NCBI GenBank assembly: GCA_963770895.1 | Contig: CAVYRF010000002.1 | Location: 480,001 to 544,000, forward strand | DNA from: an uncultured Acidobacteriota bacterium | GTDB lineage: Bacteria; Acidobacteriota; Thermoanaerobaculia; Multivoradales; UBA5704 | Length of the DNA stretch: 64,000 bases | Reading direction: 5' to 3' | Shown: piece after piece, positions 47,420 to 59,984 of the stretch | Numbering within the stretch: position 1 is the stretch's first letter | How the letters are laid out: each line of letters opens with the position of its first letter | The notes under the pieces: generated by a model | What the model saw: only the letters and a program-made list of their open reading frames with translations | Databases searched by the model: none | Told to the model about the DNA's origin: nothing | Made by a program: the position numbers and the translations under genes

Positions 47420-48379
47420 CTACTGCGTGGTGACGGTGATGGTTTCGGAGAAGGTGTTGGAGCCCGCGCCGTTGGTGGCGGTCAGGGACACCGCGAAGGT
47501 TTGCGAGGTGCCGCCGTTGGTCAGGGTGTAGGTATGGACCGGGCTCTCTTCGGTGCTCTGGGTGCCGTCGCCGAAGTTCCACAACCACGAGGTCGGGTTG
47601 TTGGTGCTGGTGTCGGTGAACGACACCGTCAGGCTGCCCGAAACGACGTTGGCGGTGAAGTTGGCCTTGGGCGGCCGGGCGATGGAGACGGCGAAGGTCA
47701 CCGCGGACCCGGTGGCGCCTTGCACGCTGACGTTGAACGAGGTCCCGGTCTGGTTGACCAGGTCTCCCGAGCTTACCTTCAACGTGTCGGTGGCGGTGCC
47801 GGTCGCATCGGTATAGACGAAGCCGCCTCCCGAAGCGAGGGTACCCGCCTGGGTCGAGAAGTTGACCGGGCTGTCGGGCACCGGGTTGCCCTGGGCGTCC
47901 CGCACCAGGGCGATCAGGTGGAGCGTGCCGCCGGTCTGGTTGATCGACGCCGGCACCGCCTGCAGGGTGACCAGGGACGCCTGGGCGCCGATGTTGACCA
48001 TGATCCCGGTAGCCATGACAGCCCCGGAAAAGGCCGAAACCGAGGCGGTGCCGACCCGGCCGTCGCCGGTCAGCCGCGAGGTGGCGTTGCCGCTGTTGTC
48101 GGTGTTGGCAATCGCCGGGGTGAGCGTGCCCAGGGTGGTGCTGAACTGCACCTGCGCTCCCGGCTGCGGCGTGCCGTTGGGCAGGCGCAGGCTGGCGATC
48201 GCGGTGGCGGACCCGGTAGCCGTGGGAATGCTGGTCGGGTTGACGGTGAGCGTCAGCGTCGAACCGCTGGGTGCCGTCGGCGGCGCCTTGCTGCAGCTGA
48301 CGGCCAGGGCAGCCGCGCTGGCGGCGAGCCCGGCCAGGACCAGGAGGAGAGGGGAGTTCTTTAGAGAACGGCCGTTCAT
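47420..48379 (-). CDS. Lipoprotein with invasin/Big_1-like Ig domains and C-terminal PKD domain
   Basis: Lipobox LAVSC; VQFSTTLG, VRDAQGNPV, PKD motif SWLWNFGDG...PVHTY. Confidence 0.8.
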   Translation of the reverse strand: MNGRSLKNSPLLLVLAGLAASAAALAVSCSKAPPTAPSGSTLTLTVNPTSIPTATGSATAIASLRLPNGTPQPGAQVQFSTTLGTLTPAIANTDNSGNATSRLTGDGRVGTASVSAFSGAVMATGIMVNIGAQASLVTLQAVPASINQTGGTLHLIALVRDAQGNPVPDSPVNFSTQAGTLASGGGFVYTDATGTATDTLKVSSGDLVNQTGTSFNVSVQGATGSAVTFAVSIARPPKANFTANVVSGSLTVSFTDTSTNNPTSWLWNFGDGTQSTEESPVHTYTLTNGGTSQTFAVSLTATNGAGSNTFSETITVTTQ

Positions 48380-48455
48380 AATGCCCAGTATACGGACCGG
48401 GGCGACCGCCCGTCCAGGCGGCCGCCCCGTCGGAGCGAAGGGAGGACCACCCTAG

Positions 48456-50438
48456 CTAGGGAGGCGGCACCGTCACGAACTGGCTGGTCGACGAGCTGCC
48501 CGCCGAGTTGCTGGCCTTGAGAGTCACCACGTAGGTCCCGGCGGAGCTGAAGGTGTGCACCGGATCCTGCAGGTTGCTGGCGTTCATCGAACCCGAGGCC
48601 GGGTCGCCGAAGGTCCAGGTCCAGGCGGTCGGCGAGTTGGAGGACCCGTCGCTGAACAGCACCTCGAGCATGTTATCGGGGGCCACCTGGAAGGTGAAGG
48701 CGGCCACCGGCGCCGTCACCGGCGGCGGCGTCACGACGCAGGCATTGCTCGCGGGCGTGTAGATGAAGGCGTTGTTGATCGTGACCGTGCAGGTCGTGAC
48801 CTGGTCGGTGACCACCACGGGCTCCGGCGTAGGCTCTTCCTGCGTGCCGGCCGAGGTGCCCGACGTGCACGCCTGGGTCAGGTACGTGCCGGTGAACTGC
48901 GGCGTGGTGATCGAGATCTGCGACGTGGTGACGTTGGTGATGATGGCGGGAGCGCCGCCGATCGTCACACTGTCGGAGCTGCTGAAGCTGCCGCCGCTGA
49001 TCTGGACCGGCGTGTGGCCGCTGCCCGGTCCCTGGCCCGGCGACAGGTTGGTGACCACCGGCTTGAATACCTGGAAGAAGAAGGTGGGCCCGGTGGCGCT
49101 GTCGCCGGTGTTGATGTTGGTCACCGAAACCGGCCCGCTGATGGTCGAGCACGAGGAGACCTGCGGCACCGGCGACATCACCTGGATCTCGGTGCCGCTG
49201 ACGTTGAGCACCTGGGCGGCGAACCCGTCGAGGGTGACCGCAACCGGGTCTTCGAAGCCCTGACCGTAGATGGTGACCTGCACCGGCTGGTTGTAGACGG
49301 TCTGGGTCGGGCCCACCGAGGTGATCAGCACCTTCGAGCCGTACTTGTAGGCGGACGGCGAGATGGTGGAGAAGCCGTTGTTGATGTTCTTGACCAGGAT
49401 GCTGACCAGCTGGTTGGTGTTGTTCTGGCCAAATCCCTGCGCCGCCGGAGCGACCACCACGATCTTGGTCGCCGTCACCGAAGTGATCGTCGCTTCGACG
49501 CCGTTGAAGCTGGCGGCGGTCGAGCCCGCGCCGAACAGCACCTGCACCGGCGCCACGAAGCCCTGGCCGTTGATCGTGACCACGGTGCCGCCCTGGTTGG
49601 AGCCCGACGCCGGCGTCACCGAGAAGATGACGGGTTGCGAGACGCCGCCGCCGCCGGGGACGTAGGTGAAGGCGTTGGACAGCGTCGCGCTGGCCGCCGC
49701 CGTGCCGCCGATATTGTTGCTGACGCTGATGCTGACCGGCAGCGTCGTGCCCACCGGCACGGCGGTGGTCGAGGCCGGCGCGATGACCGTGATCGAGTTG
49801 GGATGCACGCCGGTGACCGCCGCGTTGCTGCCGGCGAAGGTGACCGACACCGGAGCGATAAAGCCGCCGCCGGCGATGGTGACCGGGTAGCCGCCCGACG
49901 GATCGCCGGTGTTGGGCGTCACGGAGTTCAGGAAGAACGTGCCGTTGCTGTTGATCTGGACCGACGTGGCCCCGGAGCCGGCGCAGGCCGGCGTGGCGCC
50001 CGCCGACGAGCACGCCCCGGTCGTGCCAGGCACGATGTTGGCGCCGACGGTCGCGGTGCCGGCGCTGGTGCCGGGATAGAGGATCGCCGACGCCTTGCCA
50101 TTCACCAGCTGCAAGGTCAGCGACTGCTGGCCGCTGCCGATGCTGTTGAACTCGCCAAGGGTGGTGGTGAGCACCACCGGCGTCAGGTTGGGCGGCGCCG
50201 AGCCGTCCGAGGTGCTGGTCGCCTGGATCGTGATCGTGCTGCCGGTGGAGCTGCCGATGGTCAGGCTGCCCGGCCGGGCGGTCACGGTGATGTTATAGGT
50301 TGGCGTCGAAGCCGGGACCTTGGGATTGGCCGGCGTCCCGGTGGGCTCGGTCGGCGAATGCGACGAGCAGGCCGCGGCCACCGCCAGCAGGGCTGCCATG
50401 AACCATCGAGAGTGACCGCGGTACGCTTTCATACCCAT
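48456..50438 (-). CDS. Lipoprotein with multiple IPT/TIG domains and PKD domain
   Basis: Lipobox AAAC; repeats SVTP..G...GG..VTI.G.GF; PKD motif WTWTFGD...PVHTF. Confidence 0.82.
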   Translation of the reverse strand: MGMKAYRGHSRWFMAALLAVAAACSSHSPTEPTGTPANPKVPASTPTYNITVTARPGSLTIGSSTGSTITIQATSTSDGSAPPNLTPVVLTTTLGEFNSIGSGQQSLTLQLVNGKASAILYPGTSAGTATVGANIVPGTTGACSSAGATPACAGSGATSVQINSNGTFFLNSVTPNTGDPSGGYPVTIAGGGFIAPVSVTFAGSNAAVTGVHPNSITVIAPASTTAVPVGTTLPVSISVSNNIGGTAAASATLSNAFTYVPGGGGVSQPVIFSVTPASGSNQGGTVVTINGQGFVAPVQVLFGAGSTAASFNGVEATITSVTATKIVVVAPAAQGFGQNNTNQLVSILVKNINNGFSTISPSAYKYGSKVLITSVGPTQTVYNQPVQVTIYGQGFEDPVAVTLDGFAAQVLNVSGTEIQVMSPVPQVSSCSTISGPVSVTNINTGDSATGPTFFFQVFKPVVTNLSPGQGPGSGHTPVQISGGSFSSSDSVTIGGAPAIITNVTTSQISITTPQFTGTYLTQACTSGTSAGTQEEPTPEPVVVTDQVTTCTVTINNAFIYTPASNACVVTPPPVTAPVAAFTFQVAPDNMLEVLFSDGSSNSPTAWTWTFGDPASGSMNASNLQDPVHTFSSAGTYVVTLKASNSAGSSSTSQFVTVPPP

Positions 50439-50452
50439 GCTCCTGGCACGCC

Positions 50453-51025
50453 TTACGGCGTGAACTCAATCGTAAAGTCGGCGGGCGACGAGCTGATCGA
50501 GTCGCCCGACAGTGTCTGCCCGTAGAACGTCACCATGGCCTCGAGAACGATGACCGCCGTACCTGTCTCGGTATCGTAGCCGTATTGGAAGAGATCGTAG
50601 AGCGGCGGGTTGAGCAGCTGGTTGGTGCGCACGATCGGCAGGTTGGTGATCGCGGCGGTGGAGTTGACCGGCACCTCGACCTCCAATCCGGCGACCAGCG
50701 TGGGAGGCAGCCGCGTGCCGCTGTCCTGGCGCTTGTAGACAACCTGGTACTGGTTGACCTCGATGTTCTGCAGGTTGCTGGTGGTGCCGGTGGGGTCCTT
50801 GGGAAAGTTCTGCAAGGTGAAGTTCTGGATCACCACGCTGTCGGTACCACCCGGTCCGACGGTCGATCTCATCGATACGACCGCGGGGATGCCGGTGATC
50901 GTGCCGTAGGTCAGGACGACCGTTCCGGCGCTGCGGTCGGTGCGCGAACGGCAGCTGCCGGCGAAAAGGAAAACGGCGAGCGAGCAGAACAGTAAAAGGA
51001 TCGTGCGTTTCATCTTGGGCTCCAC
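50453..51025 (-). CDS. Hypothetical lipoprotein, beta-rich
   Basis: Lipobox FAGSC; 6 bp downstream of pilQ. Confidence 0.7.
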   Translation of the reverse strand: MEPKMKRTILLLFCSLAVFLFAGSCRSRTDRSAGTVVLTYGTITGIPAVVSMRSTVGPGGTDSVVIQNFTLQNFPKDPTGTTSNLQNIEVNQYQVVYKRQDSGTRLPPTLVAGLEVEVPVNSTAAITNLPIVRTNQLLNPPLYDLFQYGYDTETGTAVIVLEAMVTFYGQTLSGDSISSSPADFTIEFTP

Positions 51026-51031
51026 GCCTGG

Positions 51032-53833
51032 TCAGATCTTGATGACCCGCGGCGTAATGAAAATGAGCAGCTCGTCGTTGGTCTGGTCGCGTTCCTTGTT
51101 GCGGAACAGGTAGCCGATGATCGGCAGGTTGGCCAGGCCGGGAACCCGCGACTCGTTGGCATCGGTCGTCACCTTGTAGATGCCGCCGATGACCGCGGTG
51201 CCGCCGTCCCGCACCACCAGGCGCGTCTTGGCGTCCTTGGTCGAGATCGGCGCGTTGGTGGCGCCCGGCACCAGCAGGCCGTTTTCGGGCGCCTTGTCGG
51301 AAACCGTGACGTCCATGACGATGGTGCCCTCGGCGGTGACCTGCGGCGTCACCTCCAGGCGCAGCGTGGCGTTGACGAACTGCACCGTCACGGTGTTGTT
51401 GGCCACCGTCTGGATGGGAATCTGCACGCCGCTCTGGATGTAGGCCTGCTGATTGTTGAGCGTTGCCACCTTGGGCGCCGACAGGATGTTGACCAGGCCC
51501 TCCGATTCGGCCGCCTGCAGGGCGAGATCGAGGGAGAAGGTGTTCAGCACGTTGCCCAGGGTCAGATTGAGGGCGCCGTTGGCCGGCTGCGGCAGGGTGA
51601 CCGAGCCGCTGGCGGTGACGTTGTTGGGGAAGATCAAGCCGGTGGTGTTGCCGTGCGCCGCGTCGGCGATGGCATTGAAGCCCCAGTTGATGCCGAGGCT
51701 GCGGCTGAAGGTCTTGGTGGTTTCGATGATGCGCGCTTCGATCATCACCTGCGGCTCGGGCGTATCCAGGTTGGAGATGACCGCCAGCACGGCGTCCAGG
51801 AAGTCCGGCAGCTCCTTGATGATCAGCGTATTGGTGCGGTCGTCGACGATGACGCTGCCGCGCTGGGTGAGCAGGCCGGCCTGACCGCTGCGCAACAGGT
51901 TGGCGACGTTGGAGGCGCTGGCGTACGACAGCCGGCGCATGACCGTGCGCAGCGGCACCACCAGCGCCCGCGCCTGGGCCAGCTGCTGGCGCTCCTGCGC
52001 TTCGGTGCGCAGCACGTTGTTGGGCGCGATGCGGATGACGTTGCCCTCGCGCTCGTAGCCCAGGTTGTTGATCTTCAACACCTCTTCGAAAGCCTGGTCC
52101 CAGGGGACGTTTTCCAGCTCGGCGGTGACGGTGCCGGTGACGCCCGGCTGCACCACGATGTTGAGGCCGCTGATCTGGGCGAAGGTGCGCAGCACCTCGG
52201 TGACATCGGCGTTGGTGACCTTGAGATCGATCGGCTCGCCGGTGTACGCCTTTTGCGTGCCCGAGATGTCGCCGGCCAGCTTGGCGTCGCCGGTGGCGTC
52301 CTGGCGCCGGCCGAGATCCGCCGGCGGCTGCTGCAGCGAGGTGGGGGTCTGCGCGACACGCGGCAAGCCCGAACCGGCCTTGCTCTTGGCCGCCGGCGCG
52401 TCTTCGATCTCAAGGCCGGGCTGCTTGCGCAACGAAGCCTTGGCCATTTCCGTCGGAGCCGGTGCCAGCGCCAGGTCGGTGGGCGCCGCCGGAGCGGACC
52501 CCGCGGCGGCCGTATCCGGCGCCGGAGCCGGGGCCGGCGCGGCGGGAGCGGGCGCCGACTTGCGGGCCTTGCGGGTCACCGGAGCGGGCGCCGCGTCCGC
52601 CGTCGTCGCGACCGGCGCAGCCGGGGCGACCGGCGCCGGCTGCACGGCGGGCGGCGGGGGCGGCGGGGCGGACTGCATGCCGGCGGCGCTTGCCGCGGCG
52701 GCGGCCCCGGGCTGGAAGCTGACCACCAGCGACCTGGTGGCACGCTCGATGTGCGGCACCGCGCCCTGCTTGAGGTCGAAGACGACGCGCGCCACGGCCT
52801 TGGGAGCGGGCCGGAACTGCGCCACCCGCACGCGCTGCACGACGCCGCCTTCGACCGCCAAAGTCGAGCGCGGGCTGCGATTGACCACTCCTTGCAGATC
52901 GATGACGAACCGCGTCGGGTCGGACAGCACGAAGGTCGAATAGGGGAACTCGCCGTCACCGGAGATGCGGATCACCGCGCCACCGCCGTCGCCGGCCAGT
53001 ACCTCGATTCCTTCCAGCCGGGTGGCGGAGGGGCCGCCGGGCGCCGGCGCCACGGCCGGTTGATCCGGCGTCCCTGCCGCCGCGGCGGATCCCTGCGTGG
53101 TCGGCGCGGGACGGCCCGGCGCCGGCATGGCGGCGGCACCGGTGTCCGCGGCGGGTGCCGGCGCGGGGGCCGCGGCGGCGCTGGGAGGAGGAGGAGGCGG
53201 CGGCGGCGCCATCTGCGCCGTCTGGGTCACGGGTTCAAAAGCCAGCTTCTGCCGCCCCGCGTCGCCGGCCTTGGCGGCCTGGGCGTCGAGCGGCAGCAGG
53301 CGGATCTGCAGATGGGTGCCTTCGGCGGTGACGGAGTGCTCCACTTCGTGCCGCGTCGAGATGACCAGTCGAGTCATCGGACGCAGGCCCTCGGTGTCGC
53401 GCTGCACCCGGACCGACGCGACCAGGCCGTCGTCGGGGGTGAGGTCCTGAAGCCGGGGGGCAGGTGCGGCGTTGGGCAGCTCGATGACCACCTTGCCTTC
53501 GGGATTGCGGAAGCTGGTCCAGACCAGCGGCGCGCTGGCCTCGACGTCGACGAAGACTTCCGGCGCGCCTTCCCGCAGCTCGACGGTGCGAATCTCGGCT
53601 GCCACGCTGGCCGACCTGGTGCCGGCGTCGGCGTTACCGGAGCCAGCCGGCGCCTGCGATCCCGCTGGGGCGGCGGACGTTCCCGCCGGCGCCTGTTCCG
53701 GCGCGGAGCCGGCATCGACGACGTGGGCGGGTTTGGACGAAGTACAACTCGTCGCCGTAGCAAGGATCAGACACGCCGTGGCGATCCGGCGCTGCCACCT
53801 GGCGCTCCCTCTGCTCATGACCACATCTCCCAT
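51032..53833 (-). CDS. pilQ: Type IV pilus secretin with AMIN domains
   Basis: AMIN domains, YTGEPIDL, VPWDQA, DDRTNTLII, QVMIEARIIE, secretin C-terminus ELLIFITPRVI. Confidence 0.93.
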   Translation of the reverse strand: MGDVVMSRGSARWQRRIATACLILATATSCTSSKPAHVVDAGSAPEQAPAGTSAAPAGSQAPAGSGNADAGTRSASVAAEIRTVELREGAPEVFVDVEASAPLVWTSFRNPEGKVVIELPNAAPAPRLQDLTPDDGLVASVRVQRDTEGLRPMTRLVISTRHEVEHSVTAEGTHLQIRLLPLDAQAAKAGDAGRQKLAFEPVTQTAQMAPPPPPPPPSAAAAPAPAPAADTGAAAMPAPGRPAPTTQGSAAAAGTPDQPAVAPAPGGPSATRLEGIEVLAGDGGGAVIRISGDGEFPYSTFVLSDPTRFVIDLQGVVNRSPRSTLAVEGGVVQRVRVAQFRPAPKAVARVVFDLKQGAVPHIERATRSLVVSFQPGAAAAASAAGMQSAPPPPPPAVQPAPVAPAAPVATTADAAPAPVTRKARKSAPAPAAPAPAPAPDTAAAGSAPAAPTDLALAPAPTEMAKASLRKQPGLEIEDAPAAKSKAGSGLPRVAQTPTSLQQPPADLGRRQDATGDAKLAGDISGTQKAYTGEPIDLKVTNADVTEVLRTFAQISGLNIVVQPGVTGTVTAELENVPWDQAFEEVLKINNLGYEREGNVIRIAPNNVLRTEAQERQQLAQARALVVPLRTVMRRLSYASASNVANLLRSGQAGLLTQRGSVIVDDRTNTLIIKELPDFLDAVLAVISNLDTPEPQVMIEARIIETTKTFSRSLGINWGFNAIADAAHGNTTGLIFPNNVTASGSVTLPQPANGALNLTLGNVLNTFSLDLALQAAESEGLVNILSAPKVATLNNQQAYIQSGVQIPIQTVANNTVTVQFVNATLRLEVTPQVTAEGTIVMDVTVSDKAPENGLLVPGATNAPISTKDAKTRLVVRDGGTAVIGGIYKVTTDANESRVPGLANLPIIGYLFRNKERDQTNDELLIFITPRVIKI

Positions 53834-53876
53834 GGCTACGCCTCCGTTCGCCCCCCGTGTGCCCGGCCGCCCGGTG

Positions 53877-54506
53877 CTACTGGGCGTTCAAGCTCTTAAC
53901 CACCTCGCGGAAGGGCTTTAAGGCGGTCGGATCCTGGACGATCTGCTTGAAGACCACCTCGTTCTTGCCGATGCTCACCACATCGCCGTCATACAGCTGG
54001 TCGCCTTCTTTCAACAGATAGCTCTTCTTTTGATTCGATGCGTTGACCTGCGCCACATAGCCGCGCGCGGTGCGGAAGATCCCCTTGAGATCGATCTCGT
54101 CGATCAACAGGCCGGGGATGCCCTCGGGACGCGGCCCACGGAACTCGGGCCGGTCGGGGGCGATCAGCAGCGACTTGAAAGGGTCGCGGCGGTTGCCCGG
54201 ATCGTAGGTGAAGCCGTTGCCGCCGGACAGCACCTCTTCGTCTCCCTCAAGAATCTGATCGATATTGCCCATGTCGGGGGGCGGCGCACCGCCGACTGCA
54301 GGACCAGAGGATGCGCCGCCGCCGCTGGCCGTGGAGCCGCCCGATGCGGAGGGGGCGGGCTGGCCCTTGGGCGCGGCCTGGGCCGGCTGGCTGCCCTTGC
54401 CCTGCTGCGCGCCGGACGGCGAGGACTGCTGCTGGGCGGCGAGCGCCAGCGCACAGCCGACGAGCGCTGCCGACACCAGGATGGTCACCTTGCTTCGCGG
54501 GATCAA
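53877..54506 (-). CDS. pilP: Type IV pilus assembly protein PilP-like
   Basis: YDPGNRRDPF, IDLKGI; position between pilO and pilQ. Confidence 0.75.
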   Translation of the reverse strand: MIPRSKVTILVSAALVGCALALAAQQQSSPSGAQQGKGSQPAQAAPKGQPAPSASGGSTASGGGASSGPAVGGAPPPDMGNIDQILEGDEEVLSGGNGFTYDPGNRRDPFKSLLIAPDRPEFRGPRPEGIPGLLIDEIDLKGIFRTARGYVAQVNASNQKKSYLLKEGDQLYDGDVVSIGKNEVVFKQIVQDPTALKPFREVVKSLNAQ

Positions 54507-55174
54507 TCTCCACCCCCTCCACTCGGCTTGACGGTGGCCGGTGCGCCGGGCGGCGGCGCCAGCTTCAGCTTGGGCGGCGCTGCCGTCTTTGCCGGAGCGT
54601 TGGTGTCGGGCTCCTTGTACACAAAGGTCTTGGCGACGAACGACGCGGTGATGGTATGCAGATTGGCCTTGGTCGGAGTCAGCGCGGTGATCTGCAGATC
54701 GGTGACGTTGATGATCCGCGAGAATCGGCCGATGCGATCGAAGAGCAGCGCCAGGTTATGGTACGTGCCGTCGAGATCGACGGTGATCGGCCACTCGCTG
54801 TAGAACTCCTTGTCGGTGAGCACGCCGGGCCGGAAATCCTTGAGGTTGAAATCGCCCTGCTCGGTCAGGCGGCGGATGCGGCGCAACAGGTCGGGCGTCT
54901 TGCGGCTCGCCGGCAGGATGCGCAGGAGCTTGTCCAGCTCCAGCTCCAGCTGGTGCACCTCTTCGCGGAACTTGGGCAGCTGCGCCTGGGCGCTGGTCCC
55001 CTCCTGGATCTTGTGCTGCAGATCTTCCAGGTGGCTTTCCGCCCCCGCGATCTGGTCGTTGATCGGACCCAGGTACTGCCACTGCGCCAGGAAGTAGAGC
55101 ACCACGCCAAGGCCCAGACCGATACCGAGACCGAAGTACCAGGGCTTGCCTTCCAGACCGGTTTTCATTGCCAT
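54503..55174 (-). CDS. pilO: Type IV pilus assembly protein
   Basis: TM, coiled coil, LPASRKTPDLL, GTYHNLALLFDRIGRFSRIINV. Confidence 0.9.
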   Translation of the reverse strand: MAMKTGLEGKPWYFGLGIGLGLGVVLYFLAQWQYLGPINDQIAGAESHLEDLQHKIQEGTSAQAQLPKFREEVHQLELELDKLLRILPASRKTPDLLRRIRRLTEQGDFNLKDFRPGVLTDKEFYSEWPITVDLDGTYHNLALLFDRIGRFSRIINVTDLQITALTPTKANLHTITASFVAKTFVYKEPDTNAPAKTAAPPKLKLAPPPGAPATVKPSGGGGD

Positions 55175-55184
55175 GGGCGGGCCC

Positions 55185-55892
55185 CTATCGCGTGCTCGGC
55201 AAGGTGGACGCAGCCGGCGCTTTGCCGGCGGCGCCGCCGGCAGGACCGCCCGGCGGCGCCGGGCTGCCGGGAGCTGCCGGCGCACCGGGGACGCCAGGCT
55301 TTGCCGGCGTGCCGGCGGCGGCTTCGTCGGCCTTCTTCGGCGCGAAGGAGTAGTCGAAGGTGATGAGGAACTTGTAGACCTGGTTGTTCTGCGCCGTGAT
55401 GTCCTTGAGCACGCCTTCCTTGAATTCCGGCACCTTGTCCATGTTTTCCATGAAGGCGGCGACGGCGTTGGGATTGAAGGCGCGGCCCTCCAGCTCGATG
55501 GTGCTGGCGTTGAGCTTCATCCGGTCCAGCCACAGCAGCTCCGGCAGGGCGCGCGAGATGTAGTCCATGATCCGCACCGGGCCCTGCTGGTTGGTCTTGA
55601 GATCGTTGATCACCTGGATCTTGTCGGTCAGGTTCTTCTTCTTGGCCTTGTAGTCGTCGACTTCCTTGATCACCGCCTGCAGCGCGTCCACCTGCTGCTG
55701 GGCCACCGCCACTTCGTGCAGCTTTTCCTGCAGGTGGCCGTTGAGGATCCACCAATGGCCGGCGGCGACCAGCACGCCCAGGAAAGCACCGGCAAGCAGC
55801 AGCCACAGCGCCAGGTCTTCGCCCGGCGTGGTTTTGGCCTTGCGTACCGCCGCCGGACGCTTGCCCTCGGAGAGCAGGTTGATCTTGATCAT
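55185..55892 (-). CDS. pilN: Type IV pilus assembly protein
   Basis: MIKINLL motif, TM, coiled coil, LPELLWL. Confidence 0.9.
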   Translation of the reverse strand: MIKINLLSEGKRPAAVRKAKTTPGEDLALWLLLAGAFLGVLVAAGHWWILNGHLQEKLHEVAVAQQQVDALQAVIKEVDDYKAKKKNLTDKIQVINDLKTNQQGPVRIMDYISRALPELLWLDRMKLNASTIELEGRAFNPNAVAAFMENMDKVPEFKEGVLKDITAQNNQVYKFLITFDYSFAPKKADEAAAGTPAKPGVPGAPAAPGSPAPPGGPAGGAAGKAPAASTLPSTR

Positions 55893-55923
55893 GGGCTGTG
55901 GCTCCCGCTTGTCCCCGCGAAGG

Positions 55924-56988
55924 TCAGTCGCCGACTTTGCGGATGCCAAGGCCGACGGCAACCGCCATCATCGGTGCGATGGAATCGAGCCATTCCCGGT
56001 CGAAGGTGCCTTCCTTCCAGTGCACCCGCCGCAGGGGATTCATCAGCTCGGTCGGCACCTCGAAGCGCTCGCGCAGGATCTGCTGCAGGTTGGGAGTGAG
56101 CGCGCAGCCGCCGGAAAGCACCAGCTCGTCGACCGATCCTTCGGATGAGGTCGCGGAGAAGAAATCGAAGGTCTTGCGGATCTCCGACGCCATTTCAGCC
56201 GACACCGTGTCGAGCACCGGGCGCGCGTCGGTCAGGCTGTAGCGATCCACGGCGTCGCCGCGCTTCAAGCTTTCGGCCTGGGCGAACGCCAGGTTGAACT
56301 CCCGCTGCAGCGCTTCGGTGAACTGCTGGCCGCCGAACGAGATGTCGCGCCAGAAGACGGTGGTGCCGCGCGCCAGGATGTTGATATTGGTGACGCCGGC
56401 GCCCATGTTGATCAGCGCCACCACCTTGCGGTTGTCCAGGTCGTAATTGATCTCGTAGGCGTTCTGCACCGCGAAGGCGTCGACGTCGACCAGCGCCGCG
56501 GTCTTGCCGGTCTGGCTGATCACCGATACGTAGTCGTTGACCTTGTCGCGCTTGACCGCCACCAGCAGGACGTCCATGTTGTCGCGCCCCGGCTCGCCCT
56601 CGGACAGGATCTCGTAATCGAGGCGCACGTCGTTGATGTCGAAGGGAATGTATTGCTCGGCTTCCCACTGGATCGACTCCGCCAGCTCTTCGGCCGGCAT
56701 CGCCGGCAGCTGGATCTTCTTGATGATGACGGAGTGACCCGAAAGCGACGTGGCGTAGTTGGCGTTCTTGATCCGCGTCTGGTCGTTGAGCTTGTGGATC
56801 GCGTCGACCACCAGCGACGAGTCCATGATCGACCCGTCCACGATGGCCTCGGGCGACAGCAGCTCCACACCCAGACGCTGGAGGTGAAACTCCCCGGCCT
56901 TGCGCTCGGTCAGCTCGACCAGCTTGACCGCCGAGCTGCCGATATCGAGCCCGACAACCCCCTTCTTAGAGCGGGTAAACAAGGCCAC
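55924..56988 (-). CDS. pilM: Type IV pilus assembly protein
   Basis: VGLDIGSSAVKLVEL, EAEQYIPFDI, VDVDAFA, LSGGCA, AVAVGLGIR. Confidence 0.93.
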   Translation of the reverse strand: MALFTRSKKGVVGLDIGSSAVKLVELTERKAGEFHLQRLGVELLSPEAIVDGSIMDSSLVVDAIHKLNDQTRIKNANYATSLSGHSVIIKKIQLPAMPAEELAESIQWEAEQYIPFDINDVRLDYEILSEGEPGRDNMDVLLVAVKRDKVNDYVSVISQTGKTAALVDVDAFAVQNAYEINYDLDNRKVVALINMGAGVTNINILARGTTVFWRDISFGGQQFTEALQREFNLAFAQAESLKRGDAVDRYSLTDARPVLDTVSAEMASEIRKTFDFFSATSSEGSVDELVLSGGCALTPNLQQILRERFEVPTELMNPLRRVHWKEGTFDREWLDSIAPMMAVAVGLGIRKVGD

Positions 56989-57375
56989 GTGGTGTGCTCC
57001 CTCCGAAAAAGCCCTGCGTTCAACGCAATTTAGAGCCACTTAGTTAAAGCTTCGCAGGAAGCTACCAGGATAAAGTGCCGGTGTCAAGTGACTCATGCGT
57101 AGCTCGCTATATTGCTGACAACCGCTGTACGAGCCTTGTCGCGGACCGCATTTCCTTGCAGGACTTACGTTTACGCACCGCGCCCGAGGTTGGCGCAAAC
57201 CGGGCGTAAAATATTTCGACAGCAGCTCCGAACCGGCGCCGCACCCGCCGGTCTCGGCGCGCCAGCGAGCGCCTGGTCCGCGCGCCACCCTTGTGAGAAT
57301 CAGCGAGCTTTGCTAAGCTTCGCTGCCCTTTGCGCCGCTGGCCGGGGCAATCGACAAGGAAGAAGAGAGGGTTTC

Positions 57376-57630
57376 ATGGCGAAGCAATGCGATCTCTGCG
57401 GCAAGGGCACGGTGTTCGGCAAGAACGTCAGCCATGCGCACAACGTCACCTCGCGCACCTGGGAGCCCAACCTGCAATCCGTCCGCGCCCTGGTGGACGG
57501 CCGCGTGCGGCGGTTGAGGGTCTGCACCCGCTGCCTGCGCAGCGGCCACATTGTCAAGGCGCCGGTGCGCAAGTGGCAGCCCGACGAAGCCGCGGCCACC
57601 GGGTCATCCGACAAGGCCGGCAGCCGCTAG
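57376..57630 (+). CDS. rpmB: 50S ribosomal protein L28 (Zn-binding form)
   Basis: [29 protein letters not shown]...VCTRCLRSG. Confidence 0.95.
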   Translation: MAKQCDLCGKGTVFGKNVSHAHNVTSRTWEPNLQSVRALVDGRVRRLRVCTRCLRSGHIVKAPVRKWQPDEAAATGSSDKAGSR

Positions 57631-57639
57631 CCCACCTGC

Positions 57640-59934
<2,295 letters not shown>

Positions 59935-59984
59935 AAACGGAAAAACAAGTATAGGGCAAGGAGTGTTCCCGGCCTACCGCCGCC

